Source of the DNA: Basidiobolus meristosporus CBS 931.73
Taxonomy: Eukaryota; Fungi; Basidiobolomycota
Assembly: GCA_002104905.1 (NCBI GenBank)
Contig: MCFE01000234.1
Span: forward strand, 1 to 64,000
Length of the DNA stretch: 64,000 bases
Direction of reading: 5' to 3'
Position 1 is the stretch's first letter. Each line of letters opens with the position of its first letter. Position numbers and translations under genes: made by a program. This document shows, in pieces, positions 25,380 to 39,899 of the stretch. The notes beneath the pieces are model-generated. The model made no database searches, was not told where the DNA came from, and saw only the letters and a program-made list of their open reading frames with translations.

Positions 25380-28030
25380 GCAATGAATGCCCTCATAGAA
25401 GTGAAGGAGAAGAAGACTTAAGGTATCAAAACAAAGGACAAAGTGCCTTCAGCCACATTTGCCACAATGTTATAGACAAATTACTAATTCAATGCTCAAG
25501 AGCAAAAATGGCAAAGAAAGCCTGGAATGCATTAGAAGACAACTACCAATCATGCTCAGCTACCAGCATTAGACAAGAAAAATCTAATTATTGGAAATAC
25601 CCTGTAGGTTGATAAGATGTAATCTGTGGGGGTAGAAATACTGATGAGGATGTGATAGTTACCCTACTGAATAACTTGCCATATGAGTTTTAGGGTCTGG
25701 GAGCAGCACTAAAATCAAGAATTGATGACCTAATATTAGATGATATATATGAAAGACTCCTGAATTAGGATTTACAAAAACCAAGTGCCAATAAGTATGA
25801 AGGAGAAAGTGCCTTGATAGGTAATGATAACCACCTATTAAGGTATTTCAGACCATCATGTTGTAAAAATTCGTATTTTCCACCTAAATATTCACCTAAC
25901 TTAGTCACTTAGATCATCACCTTCAAATCCTAGAGAATACTGACCAAATTCCTTGTCGGGATTTACTTAGAATATTTTCACCAAAATACCAGGTACCCAG
26001 AACATGAAAATTCTCAAAGTTGTCCAAACAGCCCCAAACTTTGCACACATGTTCTTGGGACCTTCCTTAACCTATTCTACGTGTTTGTAATGCCAAGACC
26101 ATGTAAAAGTATAAATACTACTTTTACATTCAATAAATCATTAAGTGAAAACCACATAATCTACTTGTTCTCCAAATCACTTCCAATATCTCCAAGACTC
26201 TTACAACACATCAAAGGTAACAGCAACATCTTTTGCAGCCTCTGCAAAAGGAAAGGACACATATCAGACTAGGACTTCAGGAAAATAGAAAATGAACAGA
26301 AAAATTCTGAATATGGAAATGATGCATCAGGTGAGGATATACTACTCATATCTGCACTACATATTGTTGTAAAGGTTTGTAACTCTATCTAGATACTTAT
26401 ATAATTATTCACTTAGACCATTACTTACAATTCTTACAAAACACTGACTAAATTCCTTGTTGGAATATTATAGAATATTTTCACCAAAATGATTAGGTCA
26501 CTAGAACATGATACCACTGAAAGTTGTCCAAACTGGTCAAGCTTTGCACACATATTCATTGGACCTTTCTAAGCATTCTCTATGTGCTTGTTGTGCCATG
26601 ACCATGTAAAAGTATACATATTACCTTTACCTTCAATATGCCATTGCATGAAAATCTCATAACCTACTTGTTGTCCCACTTAATTTCAATATCCCCAGGC
26701 CTTTTGGAAAATACATGACTATATACAAGGGTTCTCCAATGAGGTGTGCAGACTGTGGAGGATCACAACATTCTACACACCAAAAGGAACTTTTTTCCCA
26801 TTATCAAGAATTTCTGATCAAGAAGGATTTCATGGGTGACAATAATACACATGTTACAGTTGCAGAGGGAAATATCCAAGTAAACCTCCCAAGTAGTGAA
26901 GTAAGCCATAAACTGAACCTTCAAAGAAGTACTCCATGTACCAGAAATAGCCAAGAACCTACTGTCTGTAAGCAAGGTCACAGCAGAAGGACTCAGTTTC
27001 AGCTTTGACAATTCTGGACCCAGGATCACTGATAAAAATGGTGCCCATATTGCTTTGGATATCAGATATCAGAATCTATACAAACTAACTTATATACCAT
27101 CATATCTGGAAGCCCATATAAATGACTTAAGCTAAGAAACACCAAAGGTTTGGCACAGGAGATTTGGATGCCTGAAATTTTGATTAATTGAACAGAATGA
27201 TCAGAAACCAGCAAATTTCCAGAGTAACAGTCAATCCCCCTTTCAATTTGGAGCACTGCAAAGTCTGCATATATGGGAAATCAGCTAGACAACTGTTTAA
27301 GAGCTTAAGGTCTATCAAAATCAAGAAAAAATTAGATCTAATCTGCTTGAATCTGGGTAAGCATAAGCAAGATATATCCTTGGGTAAAATGAGCTAATTG
27401 GTAACATGTGTTGGTGACACTACAAGATATGTGTAGGTTAACTTCATGTAAAGAAAGTAGAATATCTATTTAAGACCAGGGAGTATAATGCCACAATGGA
27501 GAGAGAAGCTAATTAAGAAATCATAAATATATGCTCTTACTTTCCCTAAGAAAAATTAAGAAAAGGCCAGCAAAATACTATCACAACATCAGCTGAATTT
27601 CAAGTTTCTCAAAATTGACAACTCTCAACACCTTTGTTCTAAGCTAATGGGCAGGCATGCAAACAGATTCTCCAGGAGGAGACTAGGCCAACTAGCATCC
27701 ATACCAAGTTTGTTAAACAGCTGCCTATTACTTTCATCAAAAATTGCATTTGAAATTTTGAACCCAAGACACCTGCAGAATATCAGCAAAATACCATAAG
27801 AATACCAGCTAAATACCAGCTGATAATCAGATGGATTCCAAGTTTGAGTTTTGCATAGGGATTGGTGCATATCTCAGAACTTTTCATCCACTTCTACAAA
27901 ATTTGTGGGATGAAGCAAAAGACAACTGCACCATACTCCCCACAGCAATATGGAGTGTCAGAAAGCATAAACCAAGCAATAATGAACATGGCAGAATCTG
28001 TCATCCATGATCAAAAACTGTCCTATCCCT
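25380..28030 (+). mobile_element. Decayed Ty1/copia family A internal region (gag, knuckle, protease, GAG-pre-integrase, integrase), interrupted by LTRs and family D
   Basis: AKKAWNALEDNY (gag), CSLCKRKGHISD knuckle, LAQEIW/WHRRFG-like pre-integrase, CKVCIYGKSAR zinc finger and TAPYSPQQYGVSE integrase motif; many stops. Confidence 0.8.
25859..26208 (+). mobile_element. Young solo LTR, copia family A (350 bp), inserted in copia gag
   Basis: TGTTGTAA...TTACAACA with a perfect CATCA TSD on both sides; still retains CpGs. Confidence 0.95.
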
Positions 28031-28059
28031 ATGAAAAGTAATTTTGTCACATGGGTAGA

Positions 28060-29930
28060 TCCAATCTGGATCAGCCATTAGGATCCTGCACTGAGGTCTT
28101 GATAGTGCCTGCAACTTAGAATCATTGGCACTCTACACAATCTTATGGCTGTATTATGATGGCATTTTGCTGGCTTTACTGCCAAATAAAGTCAAAATCT
28201 TGATAGTGTTTCAACAGTCTTTTTGCAAGAATTGCATGTCATTTTGTCCATCTGAGTAAGTTCTATGTTTATTTGAGCAGACCTAACCAACCAATAAATC
28301 CAATTGCCTCATATGGTAAAAAACATGATGGTGCTCTGACAGCCTCTTTGCATATTCCTGCTGGTATTATATTAGCAGTATGGCAACCTACAGCTAGTTC
28401 TGTGTAATGCTACCACACCAATTTACCAAACAGTATTTCCTTTTTCTAACTCCCCTTACCCTATTCATATATTCCAATGTGGAATCTGTTATAGAAGTTT
28501 GTGATTCCACCTAAATAGTTGCCCAGCTTAGTCACTTAGATCATTACCCAAGAATTCTAGAGAATACTGACTGAAATACATTGTGGAACTTACCTGGAAT
28601 ATTTCCATTGAATTATCAGGTACCCATAACATGAATATTCTCAAAGCTGTCTAAACAGCTCCTGACCTTGCACATATGCTCTTGGGACCTTTCTAAAGCT
28701 ATTTGACATGTTTGTTATGCCAAAACCATGTCAAAGTATAAATAATACTTTTACATTCAATAAGTCATTAATTGAAAATCCACATTCCTATGAAGAACAA
28801 TTTGGTCCTGTGGGCAGATTCAATCCAGATCAGCCATCTGGATCCTGCAATGAGTCCAGCATAATGCTAGCAGCTTGGAATTATTGGCCCTCCACACAAT
28901 CTTATGACAAGATTGTGATGGCATTTTGCTGATTTTACTACCAAATAAAGTAAAAAACATATTGGTGCTTAAGTAGTCTTTTAACAAGAATTGCATGGCA
29001 TTCTAACAGTCTCAATGCACTCTACATTTGTTTGAGTAGACCTAACCAACCCAAATATCCAATTACCTTATATGACAAGAAAGCTGATGGTGTTCTGACA
29101 GCTTCATTGCAAAACTTTGCTGGCATTATAATGGCAGTACAATGGCCTACAGCTAGCTCTGTATAATGCTACTGTACCAATTTACCAAATGGAAATTTCT
29201 TTTTTTACCTCCCTTGCACTTTTCAGATATTCCACTGTAGAATCACCACTCTTTATTTGCCTACCCACTACTACCTTGGGTACTACACATAGAGCTAAAA
29301 TCAAAAAGAACTATGGCCTCCTTCTTACTTACCTCCATATATGATTACACTGGCTGCAATTAACACACTTCTATCACCTTAACTTTAAGGCTTTTTAGTG
29401 TGAAACTGGCAAAATTACCATATACCCTATATTGCTGGTAACATATACACCTTGCAAATATATGCTTGGTTGCCACCACTTTTACCATGAATACCTCCTG
29501 AAAATCCGCCAAGAACTTCTTGGTTTTTAACCAATATATTCTTTCTCCCTGCTGGATTCTAGTCCTCATTGTAGGTGTGCTCTGGATTTGCTTGTGTGAT
29601 ATCCATATTGAATGGTGTGGAAACTGGCTTGTGAACAAGCATAAACCAGCATACTTTGATAAAGTTCCCTACAAAAAAAATTGCTTGGTCCCACCAGTGG
29701 ATCCAATCTGGATCAGCCATCAGGATCTGGCAATGAGACCATCAGAATGCCAGCAGCTTGGAATATTGATCTTCCACACAATATTACAATGGGATTGTAA
29801 TGGTGTTTTGCTGATTTTACTGCCAAATAAAGTAAGAAACTTGACAGTGCTTAAGCAGTCTTTTGATGGGAATTGCATGGCATTCCAATGGTCCTAATGA
29901 GCACATAATTTATTAGAGCAGATCTAGCAA
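28060..29930 (-). repeat. Three copies of a ~450-500-bp unit plus a CACTA 3'-region segment (29290-29690), with a family A LTR at ~28490-28790
   Basis: Units begin g(g)tggatccaatctggatcagcc and match 59270-60300; 29350-29680 matches 60350-60680. Confidence 0.7.
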
Positions 29931-30009
29931 ACCAATATTATAGAATATATACTTTGCATATTTGCACTGATGATAACCCAAAATAAGGTTCTGCAGACTT
30001 GGTATACAA

Positions 30010-30515
30010 GACTTATTCTGCTGTACTGTGCCACATTGAGCCTTAACTGCCAATAAGGACCTCAGCATGTCAGAGCAGCATACCAGACCTGTACTTGTCT
30101 ACCAAGTGTGAGACATAATTCAACATTTCATGTGAAGTGGCTCCAATATTTCATCCACTGGGTGGGAGAGGATTCATTTTTGTCTTTTTTCTGGGATCAA
30201 TATTGTGCATGATATGTTTAATCATAGAAGGATTAAAGGCATACATTTGGTACAGAATATGCGTAGCACTCTGTTTCTATCTCCAGTGGTATGTAACATG
30301 TGACCAAAATGCATGGCACTCTGTGGGTTCACTGCTACTATCTGGCACTATAAGTACTTTGTATAGTTTGATTTTTGAGACAATAATTAAGTGTAGTGCC
30401 AGATAGTACTGGTGGGTCAAGATACGGCCATGCATTTTTGTGACACATAACAAGCCTCTGGAGCTAGATTTGGAGCGCTATAGGTATTGAATACTAAATG
30501 CATGCCCTCAATCCT
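30010..30515. mobile_element. Old partial copy of the foldback element
   Basis: Contains the central ctatctggcactata-spacer-tagtgccagatag hairpin core seen at 54460-54530. Confidence 0.7.
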
Positions 30516-30522
30516 GCTACAA

Positions 30523-30980
30523 TGTAGTGGGGCCACAGTGACACCCACTGACAGATGTGCTCATTCCCATATTTTCTACTCCCCTATTTCTCTACTACAT
30601 GTTTATTAGTTTTATCCCATTTGTCTTACCTGATCAGTACTATCCCATAAGCCAGTTGACTACCACACCTGCTTACCTTATTGCATTAGTAATCCCTCAC
30701 ATTATGTAAGATTACTAGCTGTAGGTGCTTCTATATTAGGCAAGTGCCCACGTCAGTACCTGTTGTAGTGGGGTTGCAGTGACACCCACTGACTGATGTG
30801 CTCATTCCTATATTTTTTCTTCCCTATTTCTCTACTGACCTGATTTTAGTTTTATCCCATTTGTCTTACTTGATCAGTACTATCCCATATGCTGGCTGAC
30901 TATCACACCTGCTTACCTTATTTCAAAGTTATCCCTCACTTTATGTAAGATTACTAGCTATAAGTACTTCTATTAGTACA
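30523..30980. mobile_element. Two tandem truncated ends (~230 bp) of LTR family C
   Basis: Both start TGTAGTGGGG (30523, 30764) and are the reverse complement of 32380-32605. Confidence 0.75.
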
Positions 30981-31536
30981 ACCTCTTAAGTGTTAGCCCA
31001 CTCTTCATCATTTCACTCCATGGCTTCATAGATCTTCAATATCTTTTTATCTTTGGCTTTGGAATGTACTCCATATTGTCTCCCTCCCATGCTGTGATGG
31101 GTTTTTCTGTGGGCTTTATCTTTGGGCACTGTTGTTATGCTTCAAATACTGTTACATTGGGGAATGGCTCAATTCTTGGCTATGATATTGAGCTTCTTGG
31201 GTTCCTTTGCAGCAAAGATACTACTCTTTCTACCTGGGATATTGATTACTCAACACCTTTTATCCGCTTGTCCTGATTCTGGACTTTTTCCTGATTTCTT
31301 GGCGCCATTGCATCTATACTATCAGCCACTTCACCTAATTGCCTCATTAATGCTTTGGTATGAGTTGACAACATACTTGCTAATATGGGTAGTGATGATG
31401 TTATTATGGCAAATTGCTGGTCTTTAACTGAAGGTACTGCTTTTGCTACTTTCTCATGTGCCTCACCAATATGGTCAGCTTGCAGCTCCTCAGAGATTCC
31501 CAATTGCCTACTTGACTGAGAGCCTGAGGAGTCCAC

Positions 31537-32605
31537 TGAGGTGGTGTATAAGTCAAGGGAAAAATATGTCCAACACTTCTGAAGTATTTTGTGTGTGGGG
31601 TGTTCTTTGGGTGCAATAACCTCTGGCAAAAGCTTGCTAGGAATACTTGGGTTCTGTCTCTAATCTAATGTGATGGGGAATAAAGCCACAAGCTTGTCAA
31701 GGGAAAACTATTGAGCTACAATCCCCAACTTAGTTGGTGTCTTAACAAAAGCATGTGCTGGGCTCAGCATCCTTTGAGATCACAATGCACTAAAGCTTCC
31801 AAAGTCAAAACAACTGTAAAATCCACCAGCAGGGACTTGATAAGAATGCAGCTGTAGTCAATAGTTACAACAACAGAAAAGTATCTTTGCCTGTACATGA
31901 ACAAACTTGGGAAAGAATCAAATATGATAAAAGATATCTACTCGGAGTATTCCTCACCAGTAGTGACTCCAAGGTCACTTGGCTGTCAGCACAGTTTCCT
32001 GGCATTATCCTATGGTCTGGGGTTGGAAGTCCTGGTAGTAGCAGGTAGCAGTGATCACACTAATCAACAAGTTGGTATATTGATAAAAGGGATGATGATT
32101 TATTGTTGAGGGATTGCCTCCCTTATATACTTTTCTCACTGGCTAAGGGATTACTAACCATGGTGTACCAGAAGGTTCTGGATATCAATAGAAATCTTAA
32201 TGATATCAAAATGACCTAAGAGTACTCTTAGTAGGTGCTGGAAGGTTCTAAGAGGCACAGCACATACAACCAATCAGGAATCAGCACTCTGAAACCTGTG
32301 TAACATTGGGATATTATATGTGGTATGGAAATGGTAGGGACAGTGACATGGGTTAATCATGTGTTACAGGTACTGGCATGGGCACCTACCTAATATAGAA
32401 GCACCTGCAGCTAGTAATCTTACATAATGTGAGGGATAACTTATGCAATAAGGTAAGCAGGTGTGGTAGTCAATTGGCTAATGGGATAGTACTGCTCAGG
32501 TAAGACAAATGGGATAAAACTAAAATAGGTGTAGTAGAGATATAGGGAAGTAGAAAATATGGGAATGAGCACATCTGTCAGTGGGTGTCACTGTACCCCA
32601 CTACA
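31537..32605. mobile_element. Solo LTR, family C (1069 bp)
   Basis: TGAGGTGG...CCACTACA termini; homologous over its length to 38443-39487 (reverse) and 57098-58890; flanks CCAC/CTGC. Confidence 0.8.
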
Positions 32606-32903
32606 CTGCATTATTCCCTTCAGTGGGCACACTGTACACAGTGCCTTTTTTTGCTGTAGCCCTGCTTGTTGTACTGAACATCAAAGCAAGCTGTTATCCA
32701 ACAATTCTTCTGCTGCTGTCAGCAGTGGGGTTTGGTTGGGAACCAGATAACTTTGCTTTATTTTTTGGCAGCATATATAAGGCAGTGAGTCAAACCAAAG
32801 GGGAAATGGTGTTACATATTTGTGTATATGTGGTACCACAACTTTACTTATAATGCTTACAATGGCAGGTCATAACTGAGTCTTAAATAAATGTAGGTGC
32901 AAT

Positions 32904-33634
32904 AGACTAGTACTGTTGGATAGTGGCACATTGAGCCATAAGTGCCACATGTTGCCATAGTGTGCCAGAGAGGCCAAGTGCGCCTATACTTGGCCACAGA
33001 GTGTGAAACATTGCCCTTCATCTTGATGCATAGCAGCCCTGTGTTTCACCCACCATACTGGAGAAAATCCATTTTTTGAACTTTTTCTTGGATCAATGTT
33101 GTGCAGGATGAGTAAGAGCACAGAAGGACTGAAGACATGCATCTGGTACTCAACACCCATGGCACTCTGAGTCTTGCCCCTGTGGCCGGTATCATGTCAC
33201 AAAAGTGCATGGCACTCTCCTGGTCCTCAGGTATCATCTGGCACTATATTTAAATATTAGCCCTGGAATAAAACATATACTAAGCACTTACAATGACAGA
33301 TAGTACCTGTGGACCAAGATAGTGCCATGCACTTTTGTGACATGATACCGGCCACAGGATCTAGATTCAGAGTGCCATGGGTATTGAGTACCAGATGCAA
33401 GTTTTCAGTCCTTCTGTGCTCTTACTCATCCTGCACAACATTGATCCAAAAAGAAAGTTCAAAAAATGGATTTTCTCCATAATGTAGGGCAAAACACAAG
33501 GCTGCTTTGCATGAAGATGAAGAGCTATGTGTCATACTTTGTGGCCAAGCTTAGGTGTACTTTGCCTCTCTGGCACACAATGGCACTATTTGGCAATCAT
33601 GGCTCAATCTGACACTTTCCAATGGAACAAGTCT
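32904..33634. mobile_element. Foldback (long-TIR) non-autonomous DNA element, 731 bp
   Basis: AGACTAG...CAAGTCT, with ~345-bp arms around a ~40-bp spacer; flanks AAT/AAG. Confidence 0.85.
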
Positions 33635-33899
33635 AAGGTCTCAAATACAAGACTGTCTTGAATCCACATGAGCATTGACAAAAAAGTGATATAGCAGTGT
33701 AACTTTGTTGAGTTGCAATCTGTTTGCCCCATGGACAAGACTACTTTGATTCAATGCTGTAAGAGAAGAGAAAAAAGACCAGGTAGCTAGTGTAGTAAGC
33801 CTCTCAGCCATGAAGCACACACACAGCATAGGAAGTATTACAATGATTACAGTCAGCGTTTTGCCACACAAGTCATATTTGACTATTCACCAGTCACAA

Positions 33900-34650
33900 C
33901 TAAGCCAATAATATCTTGCTGACCACTTGATACTTCTATAATGGCATCTGGCTGTACTTGTCACATTGCACAAACTGAATCAGGTGAGTTGATGAAGCCT
34001 TTAGGCTCACCTCAGCCTTCTGAGTATGTCATGCAGAGTGGGTGCTCTAAAGAAGCAGGCTGACAGATGGATCTTGAGCCTATCTTCCCCAACAACAGTC
34101 CCTGCATGTGACTGGCAAAATCCTAATATGCAATGACTCAACACCTATGGAAGAAAATGCCAAGAATACTTAATGGAATCAAGTGAGCCCAGTAATCCAT
34201 CTACTGCTGAATGATGTAGTGTTGTGGCTAGAGAAGTGGCATGTTTCCACTAATATCAGTAATAGGGGCTTTGAGGACTTACTACTACTTCTTGCCAAAA
34301 TCATCCTGCAATACAACTTACCAGGTAAATGGTACAAATAGATAACCATCATGCAACTAGCAACATATGGCCCAGAGGCTGTCCCAATACCAGCATCTGT
34401 TAACAGTTGCATGGTGTTAAACATAAGAAAATGACACCATTGCAAGGTGTCCAACATGTCAGGAATCCACTACTGTTGGGGAAAAACATTGGCTCAAAAC
34501 CAGTTTTTTTCACTAATGGGGTCACCTGCTGTTCCCCAATGTGTGCAGGCCTCCCATGCATTATTTCCCAGTCAGTCTCAAGAGTCTCTGCAGTGTTAAT
34601 ATACCCAGGTACAATATTCTGGCATCATAGTCTATATACATTATGATCTC
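33900..34650 (-). mobile_element. Fragment of the CACTA/EnSpm transposase N-terminal region
   Basis: Nucleotide match to 63380-64000 (gtaatccatctactgc, aataggggctttgagga, catatggcccagaggctgtccc). Confidence 0.65.
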
Positions 34651-34699
34651 TGATTCCCAAGGCTAATGGTTGACAATTTTCACTCCAAATTGAGCATTA

Positions 34700-36184
34700 G
34701 AGCTTAGTATTCACAAGTTGCAGTCCCTGAGTTAATGCCTTACTTGCTGAGAGTAGGTTCTAAGCCATTCCATGCAAAGGAAGTGTGTAGGCCAGTTTTA
34801 CTGCCTTATCACCTGTATTATTGCTCATATTTATCTATATACAGCCACTAATGGTAGCTTCCAGTCCATAGTTATCTTCCAGATAAGCCTTCCATTCAAC
34901 AAAAGTCCTTAAGTTCCTGAGCCTTGCCCTTATAACATTAATATGCTGCAATACTGCAGAGCCAATACACCACTCATTGCTATATTTAGTTGAACTCACT
35001 TTTGCTATAACATTTAAGTGCTCTTCAGTAGTTTATGATTTGCATGTTCTAGTTTATGTTTTTGTCCACTTGTTACCTCTGTCATTCTTGTGCCTGGTGG
35101 CATGACTTCTTACAGAATCTGCAGCAACCAGGTTTACTTTAGTTTTGTTGCTTTCCCTTCTTTTCTGTATGCCTTTATGAGCTCAATGAGGCATTATCTT
35201 TGATTTTCTCTACTTAGTCATTACATCTGAGTTCCTCATGAAGAGGCCTTCCTTTGACACACATCTATATTCAGATTGTTCTCAGTGTCTTCAAGAGAAA
35301 GTATGAATAGTGCATACTGGTCCAGAAAGTGGAAAAATAGGCAGAGTGACTTTTCTTCAGCATCTACACCAGCATTAATACTATGGCATACCTCTACAAG
35401 TGTCCCCATTTTGGTAGTGAGATGTAGCATGCCATCCTCTGCCATCTGAATAAAACTTGCATGATGCTGACTTTGCTCTAAAGATTTTCTCTAAGAATTC
35501 CCATGCTGCTTTGGTAGTATTAGAAGCATAAATTTGTCTAATGAAGAAATCCTCCATATTTATACATATGTCATCTTAGGTTCTTCTCTACTTCTTTGCA
35601 AACTTCTCAGCATCTTTTGCTGTCTCTATGAGCTCAACTTCTTTTCCTGCTGAATTATTCCAAAGCTTTCTTCCCTCAAGTTAATATGTATTTTGATTCT
35701 CTGAGTCTATAAATCTTCCCGGCAAACCTCTCCTTCACAGGTAAAATGCTTGTGGCTTCTGTTTGCTAATAGAAGTCTTTCTTAGAACAGATCAAGGCAA
35801 CTGGTGTTCATAGTATGTTGCAATTCAAGCCTTGTTTTGGATCAATGGAACTTATCAAGAAATAATGATAATACTTGAAATGATGTTAACTCATGAAGAG
35901 GTTAAGTTATGTATCATTGTATAGGTACTTCATTACACAAGCACTAAGTTAGAGATGTCTCTCAAGACTCAGAAGCATTCTGCAATAGTATCAGGGTTAA
36001 TGCACAATACTTGGTAAAAGTGCTAATTAGTACTTGATTATAGGGGAAGATTATATATTTATAGATCTGAAAGTAAGTGGCACAGTTAGGGCCCTTAATG
36101 AGCCCTAAAGTGATAATGACTAGCTGAGAACTATGAAGTAGTTTTTTAGCTGCTGAGTGATACTATATAGTCCAATATTCTACA
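34700..36184 (-). mobile_element. 5' part of a copia family B element (LTR ~35816-36184, gag, protease)
   Basis: The LTR is the reverse complement of 43066-43433. ORF 35236..35445 (INAGVDAEEK) is homologous to gag 43678..44004, and there is a WCIGSA protease relic. Confidence 0.75.
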
Positions 36185-36199
36185 GCTCTAAATAATTAC

Positions 36200-37240
36200 A
36201 CTCAGTGTAAATTGCCTGCAAATATTTTGAAGATATTCAATGGCAAGTGTTACAAACAGCCAGGTAGCAAGGACTACTCTGAGGGTGCATATGACCATGG
36301 GTTTGTCTTGACATCTGTAGAATTGTTATAAAACAAGTACTGCACTTGAAAATACTGCTGGCCACTGACTGTCATCAGCTGGAATCTGCTGTAAATTGTA
36401 CAGCATCAGAGTAAAAATCTTATGGTGGTCTTACAGATATCTGGGCCTAAATCTACATGATACCTGGAAAGCTAGCCCTATCCATTGCTATATGCATGCC
36501 AAGGCTATTCAGTGGTATGACAATAAATGGCCATCATGCCAAGTTGCATATTGTGAGCTGCACTGGAGAGACTTCAGCCATAAGTACAATGGCTTGTTTT
36601 ACTGCATAGAATAGACAGTTTTACTGTGAATTGTGGAAGGTGCAGGGGATCTACAGCATCAACTAAGCACATTGTCAATATATAAACACAACACCAAATA
36701 TTCTCACTTCTCATTTAGAATACACACAAAAGAATGAATGCAAATGCTGCAAAGCTGGTAAGCTATAAGATATAGACCAGAGTAAGAAGATACTGTATTA
36801 TTAGCTATACCAAATATAGTAGGAACATATAAAATCAAAAGCTTTCCACTATGAGCATGACATTTGCTGATCAACAGTATCTCAATACCAATGAGCAAGT
36901 TGTACATGTGGTTCCTCAGGCTAAATTAGCCATTTGAGATGCCAGAAATAGCACAGAATTGGAAGGATATTACAGAGGTTCAACTACCCAAAGGTGTTCA
37001 AGAGCTCCAGTCATCATTCATATGCATACATGGCTTTATATATGCAAAATCTGGAAAAACTCTATTTGTATTTATTAAAGTATCAATTGGAAGCAATTTC
37101 TATCCGGAGTTTACTTAAGGTACCAGGGTCATATATGTATTGCTTGGATGCAAGAAACAAGTAAGGGGTTTGAGTTATTAAGTAGCACTTGTAACACTGA
37201 GCTCATAGGTCTCTGCCACTGTTGTATCAATCATCAACTT
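36200..37240 (-). mobile_element. Decayed Ty3/gypsy RT-RNase H relic, followed by copia family B LTR/gag fragments (37240-37690)
   Basis: IYIDNVL (YxDD relic) and downstream RT/connection-like remnants; the family B LTR end is recognisable at 37245-37450. Confidence 0.5.
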
Positions 37241-37692
37241 CATTTTGGTGTTGCAATTTAGGAAGGGTTGGGCTATAAGAAACTGCTTGAGATATAATGA
37301 TATTACTGAGCTGTTTTGTGATTGCCAAGATGCTGAGTATTTATAGCCTTGTAGATGTAGCACAACTGCTGCACTAAGCTACAAAATCTGGCAATAATCA
37401 GAAGCATGCTACAAAAGTTCCAGAGCTAACATAGAGTGATTGTTGCTTATTACTCCAATCTGAGCTTGCTTGAATGTTACATCCAAGTTCTTTTGGAAGA
37501 ATAATACTTTTTACATAGTTTATGGTATAATTATCTTCTGGGCACTCAGTGAACATTTGGACTATTCTTACCTACCTGGTGGGCTGCAAGGTAGACAAAA
37601 TATCTTTTCTTCATCATTTAAGCCAGCATTGATACTATCAAGTTTTGTTGCAGGTGTTACAAATTTTGCAATGCATTTAAACATATTGTTTT

Positions 37693-38042
37693 TGTTGTAA
37701 GAGTCTTGGAGATATTGGAAGTGATTTGGAGAACAAGTAGATTATGTGTTTTTCACTTAATGATTTATTGAATGTAAAAGTAGTATTTATACTTTTACGT
37801 GGTCTTGGCATTGCAAACACGTAGAATAGGTTAAGGAAGGTCCCAAGAACATGTGTGCAAAGTTTGGGGCTGTTTGGACAACTTTGAGAATTTTCATGTT
37901 CTGGGTACCTGGTATTTTGGTGAAAATATTCTAAGTAAATCCCAACAAGGAATTTGGTCAGTATTCTCTAGGATTTGAAGGTGATGATCTAAGTGACTAA
38001 GTTAGATGAATATTTAGGTGGAAAATACGAATTTTTACAACA
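37693..38042 (-). mobile_element. Young solo LTR, copia family A (350 bp)
   Basis: Perfect GTTTT TSD; differs from the reverse complement of 25859-26208 at 5 positions counted by eye. Confidence 0.95.
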
Positions 38043-38049
38043 GTTTTTA

Positions 38050-39800
38050 GGCTTCTTCCCTATGTTGTAACCATTTCTTTACTCATGTCTTTGTGGATAT
38101 GATATAGCTCTAACACCAAGTTAGGAGAGCTTATCAATATTGAGGATTGTGGCTTTGGCTTGTAGGGGTATGTCTGGTGAAATAGTGCAACTAGATCTTG
38201 GCATTGAATCCAACACTTGCTGAACTTCAAACTCTTGGCGTTTGTATACTTGGATGGCTGGGGGATTTGCTGAGTGCCAGTTGGGTAGAGTACTTTCATG
38301 GAATGATTCTAGTAGGGATACATGGATTTTGTCATAGATTTTCATACTTGGTGGCAACTGTAGTTAGTATACACTTGGACTAAGTTTCTTCTTGTTCTTA
38401 AATGGCCATAGTTTCTTGAAGCCTAATTTGTCACAAGGGTGGTGTAGCAGGATCACTCATTCCCATATTTTCTACTACCCTATATCTCTACTACATTTAT
38501 TTAGTTTATCCCATTTGTCTTGTCTGATCAGTACTATCCCATATACTGGCTGACTATTACACCTGCTTACCATATTGCATAAGTTATCCCTCACTTTATG
38601 TAAGATTACTAGCTGTAAGTGCTTCTATGTTAGGCAAGTACCTGCACCACTACCTGTGACACATGATCAACCCATGTCACCATCCCTACCATTTCCATAC
38701 CATATATGGTATCCCTATGTTACATAAGTTTCAGAGTACTGATTCCTGATTGGTTGGATGTGCTGTGCCTCTTAGAACCTTCCAGCACCTACTTAGAATA
38801 CTCTTAGCTCATTCTGATATTATTAAGATTTCTGTTGATCTCCAGAACCTTCTGGTACACCATGGTTAGTAATCCCTTAGCCAGTGAGAAAAGTATATAA
38901 GGGAGGCAATCCCTCAACAATAAATCATAATCCCTTTTATCAATATACCAAATTGTAGATTAGTGTGATCACTGCTACCTGCTGCTACCTGGACTTCCAA
39001 CCCCAGACCACAGAACAATCCCAGGAAACTGTGCTGACAGCCAACTGACCTTGGAGGCAATACTTATGAGAAATACTCAGAGTAGATATCTTTTATTATA
39101 TTTGATTCTTTCCCAAGTTTGTTCATGTACAGGCAAAGATACTTTTCTGTTGTTGTAACTATTGACTACAGCTGCATTCTTATCAAGTCCCTGCTGGTGG
39201 ATTTTACAGTTGTTTTGACTTTGGAAGCTTTAGTACATTGTCATCTCAAAGGATGCTGAGCCCAGCACATACTTTTGTTAAGACACCAACTAAGTTGGGG
39301 ATTGTAGCTCAATAGTTTTCCCTTGACAAGCTTGTGGCTTTATTCCCCATCACATTAGATTAGAGACAGAACCCAAGTATTCCTAGCAAGCTTTTGCCAG
39401 AGGTTTTTGCACCCAGTGAACATCCCACACACCAAATAATTCAGAAGTTTTGGACATATCTCTCCCTTGGACTTATAGACCATCACAGCAGCTGGTAGCA
39501 ATGTTTCTTTGCAAGAGCCATACATAATCTCCTTCATTAAGCTTTGGGCTAGGCTGCTGTTTGTTGTCTGCTAACTTCTTTCAACCCTCAAGTGCTAAGG
39601 ATAGTTCTTTCTTGCATGTTTCTTGGATTTCTAGAATTGTTGATGCATGTTCAGCTACAGGGGGGCTCATAGGGTCCGTTAGAACTTGAATATCAAACCT
39701 AAAAACATTTAAAAGTTTTGTAGCAATTAAGTTTAGATTGATAAATAAACTGTCACGTATCATATATGGTTTAAAATAGTCTTTAATGGATGAAACATGT
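38050..39800 (-). mobile_element. Chromovirus (Ty3/gypsy) integrase C-terminus with GPY/F region and chromodomain, split by LTR family C
   Basis: EGDYVWLLQRNIATS|[LTR]|PCDKLGFKKLWPFK...LPPSMKIYDKIHVSLLESF...QEFEVQQVLDS. Confidence 0.8.
38443..39487. mobile_element. Solo LTR, family C (~1045 bp), inserted in a chromovirus integrase
   Basis: TGTAGCAGG...CCATCACA; flanks GTGG/GCAG. Confidence 0.85.
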
Positions 39801-39899
39801 GGTTAGGGAGAGAGAGTTTTGCAGTTATCATCAAGTGATAAAGATTGTAAGTTGAGAATATTGTTTGATGATAAAGTAGTAAAAAGTATTATCAAGCAG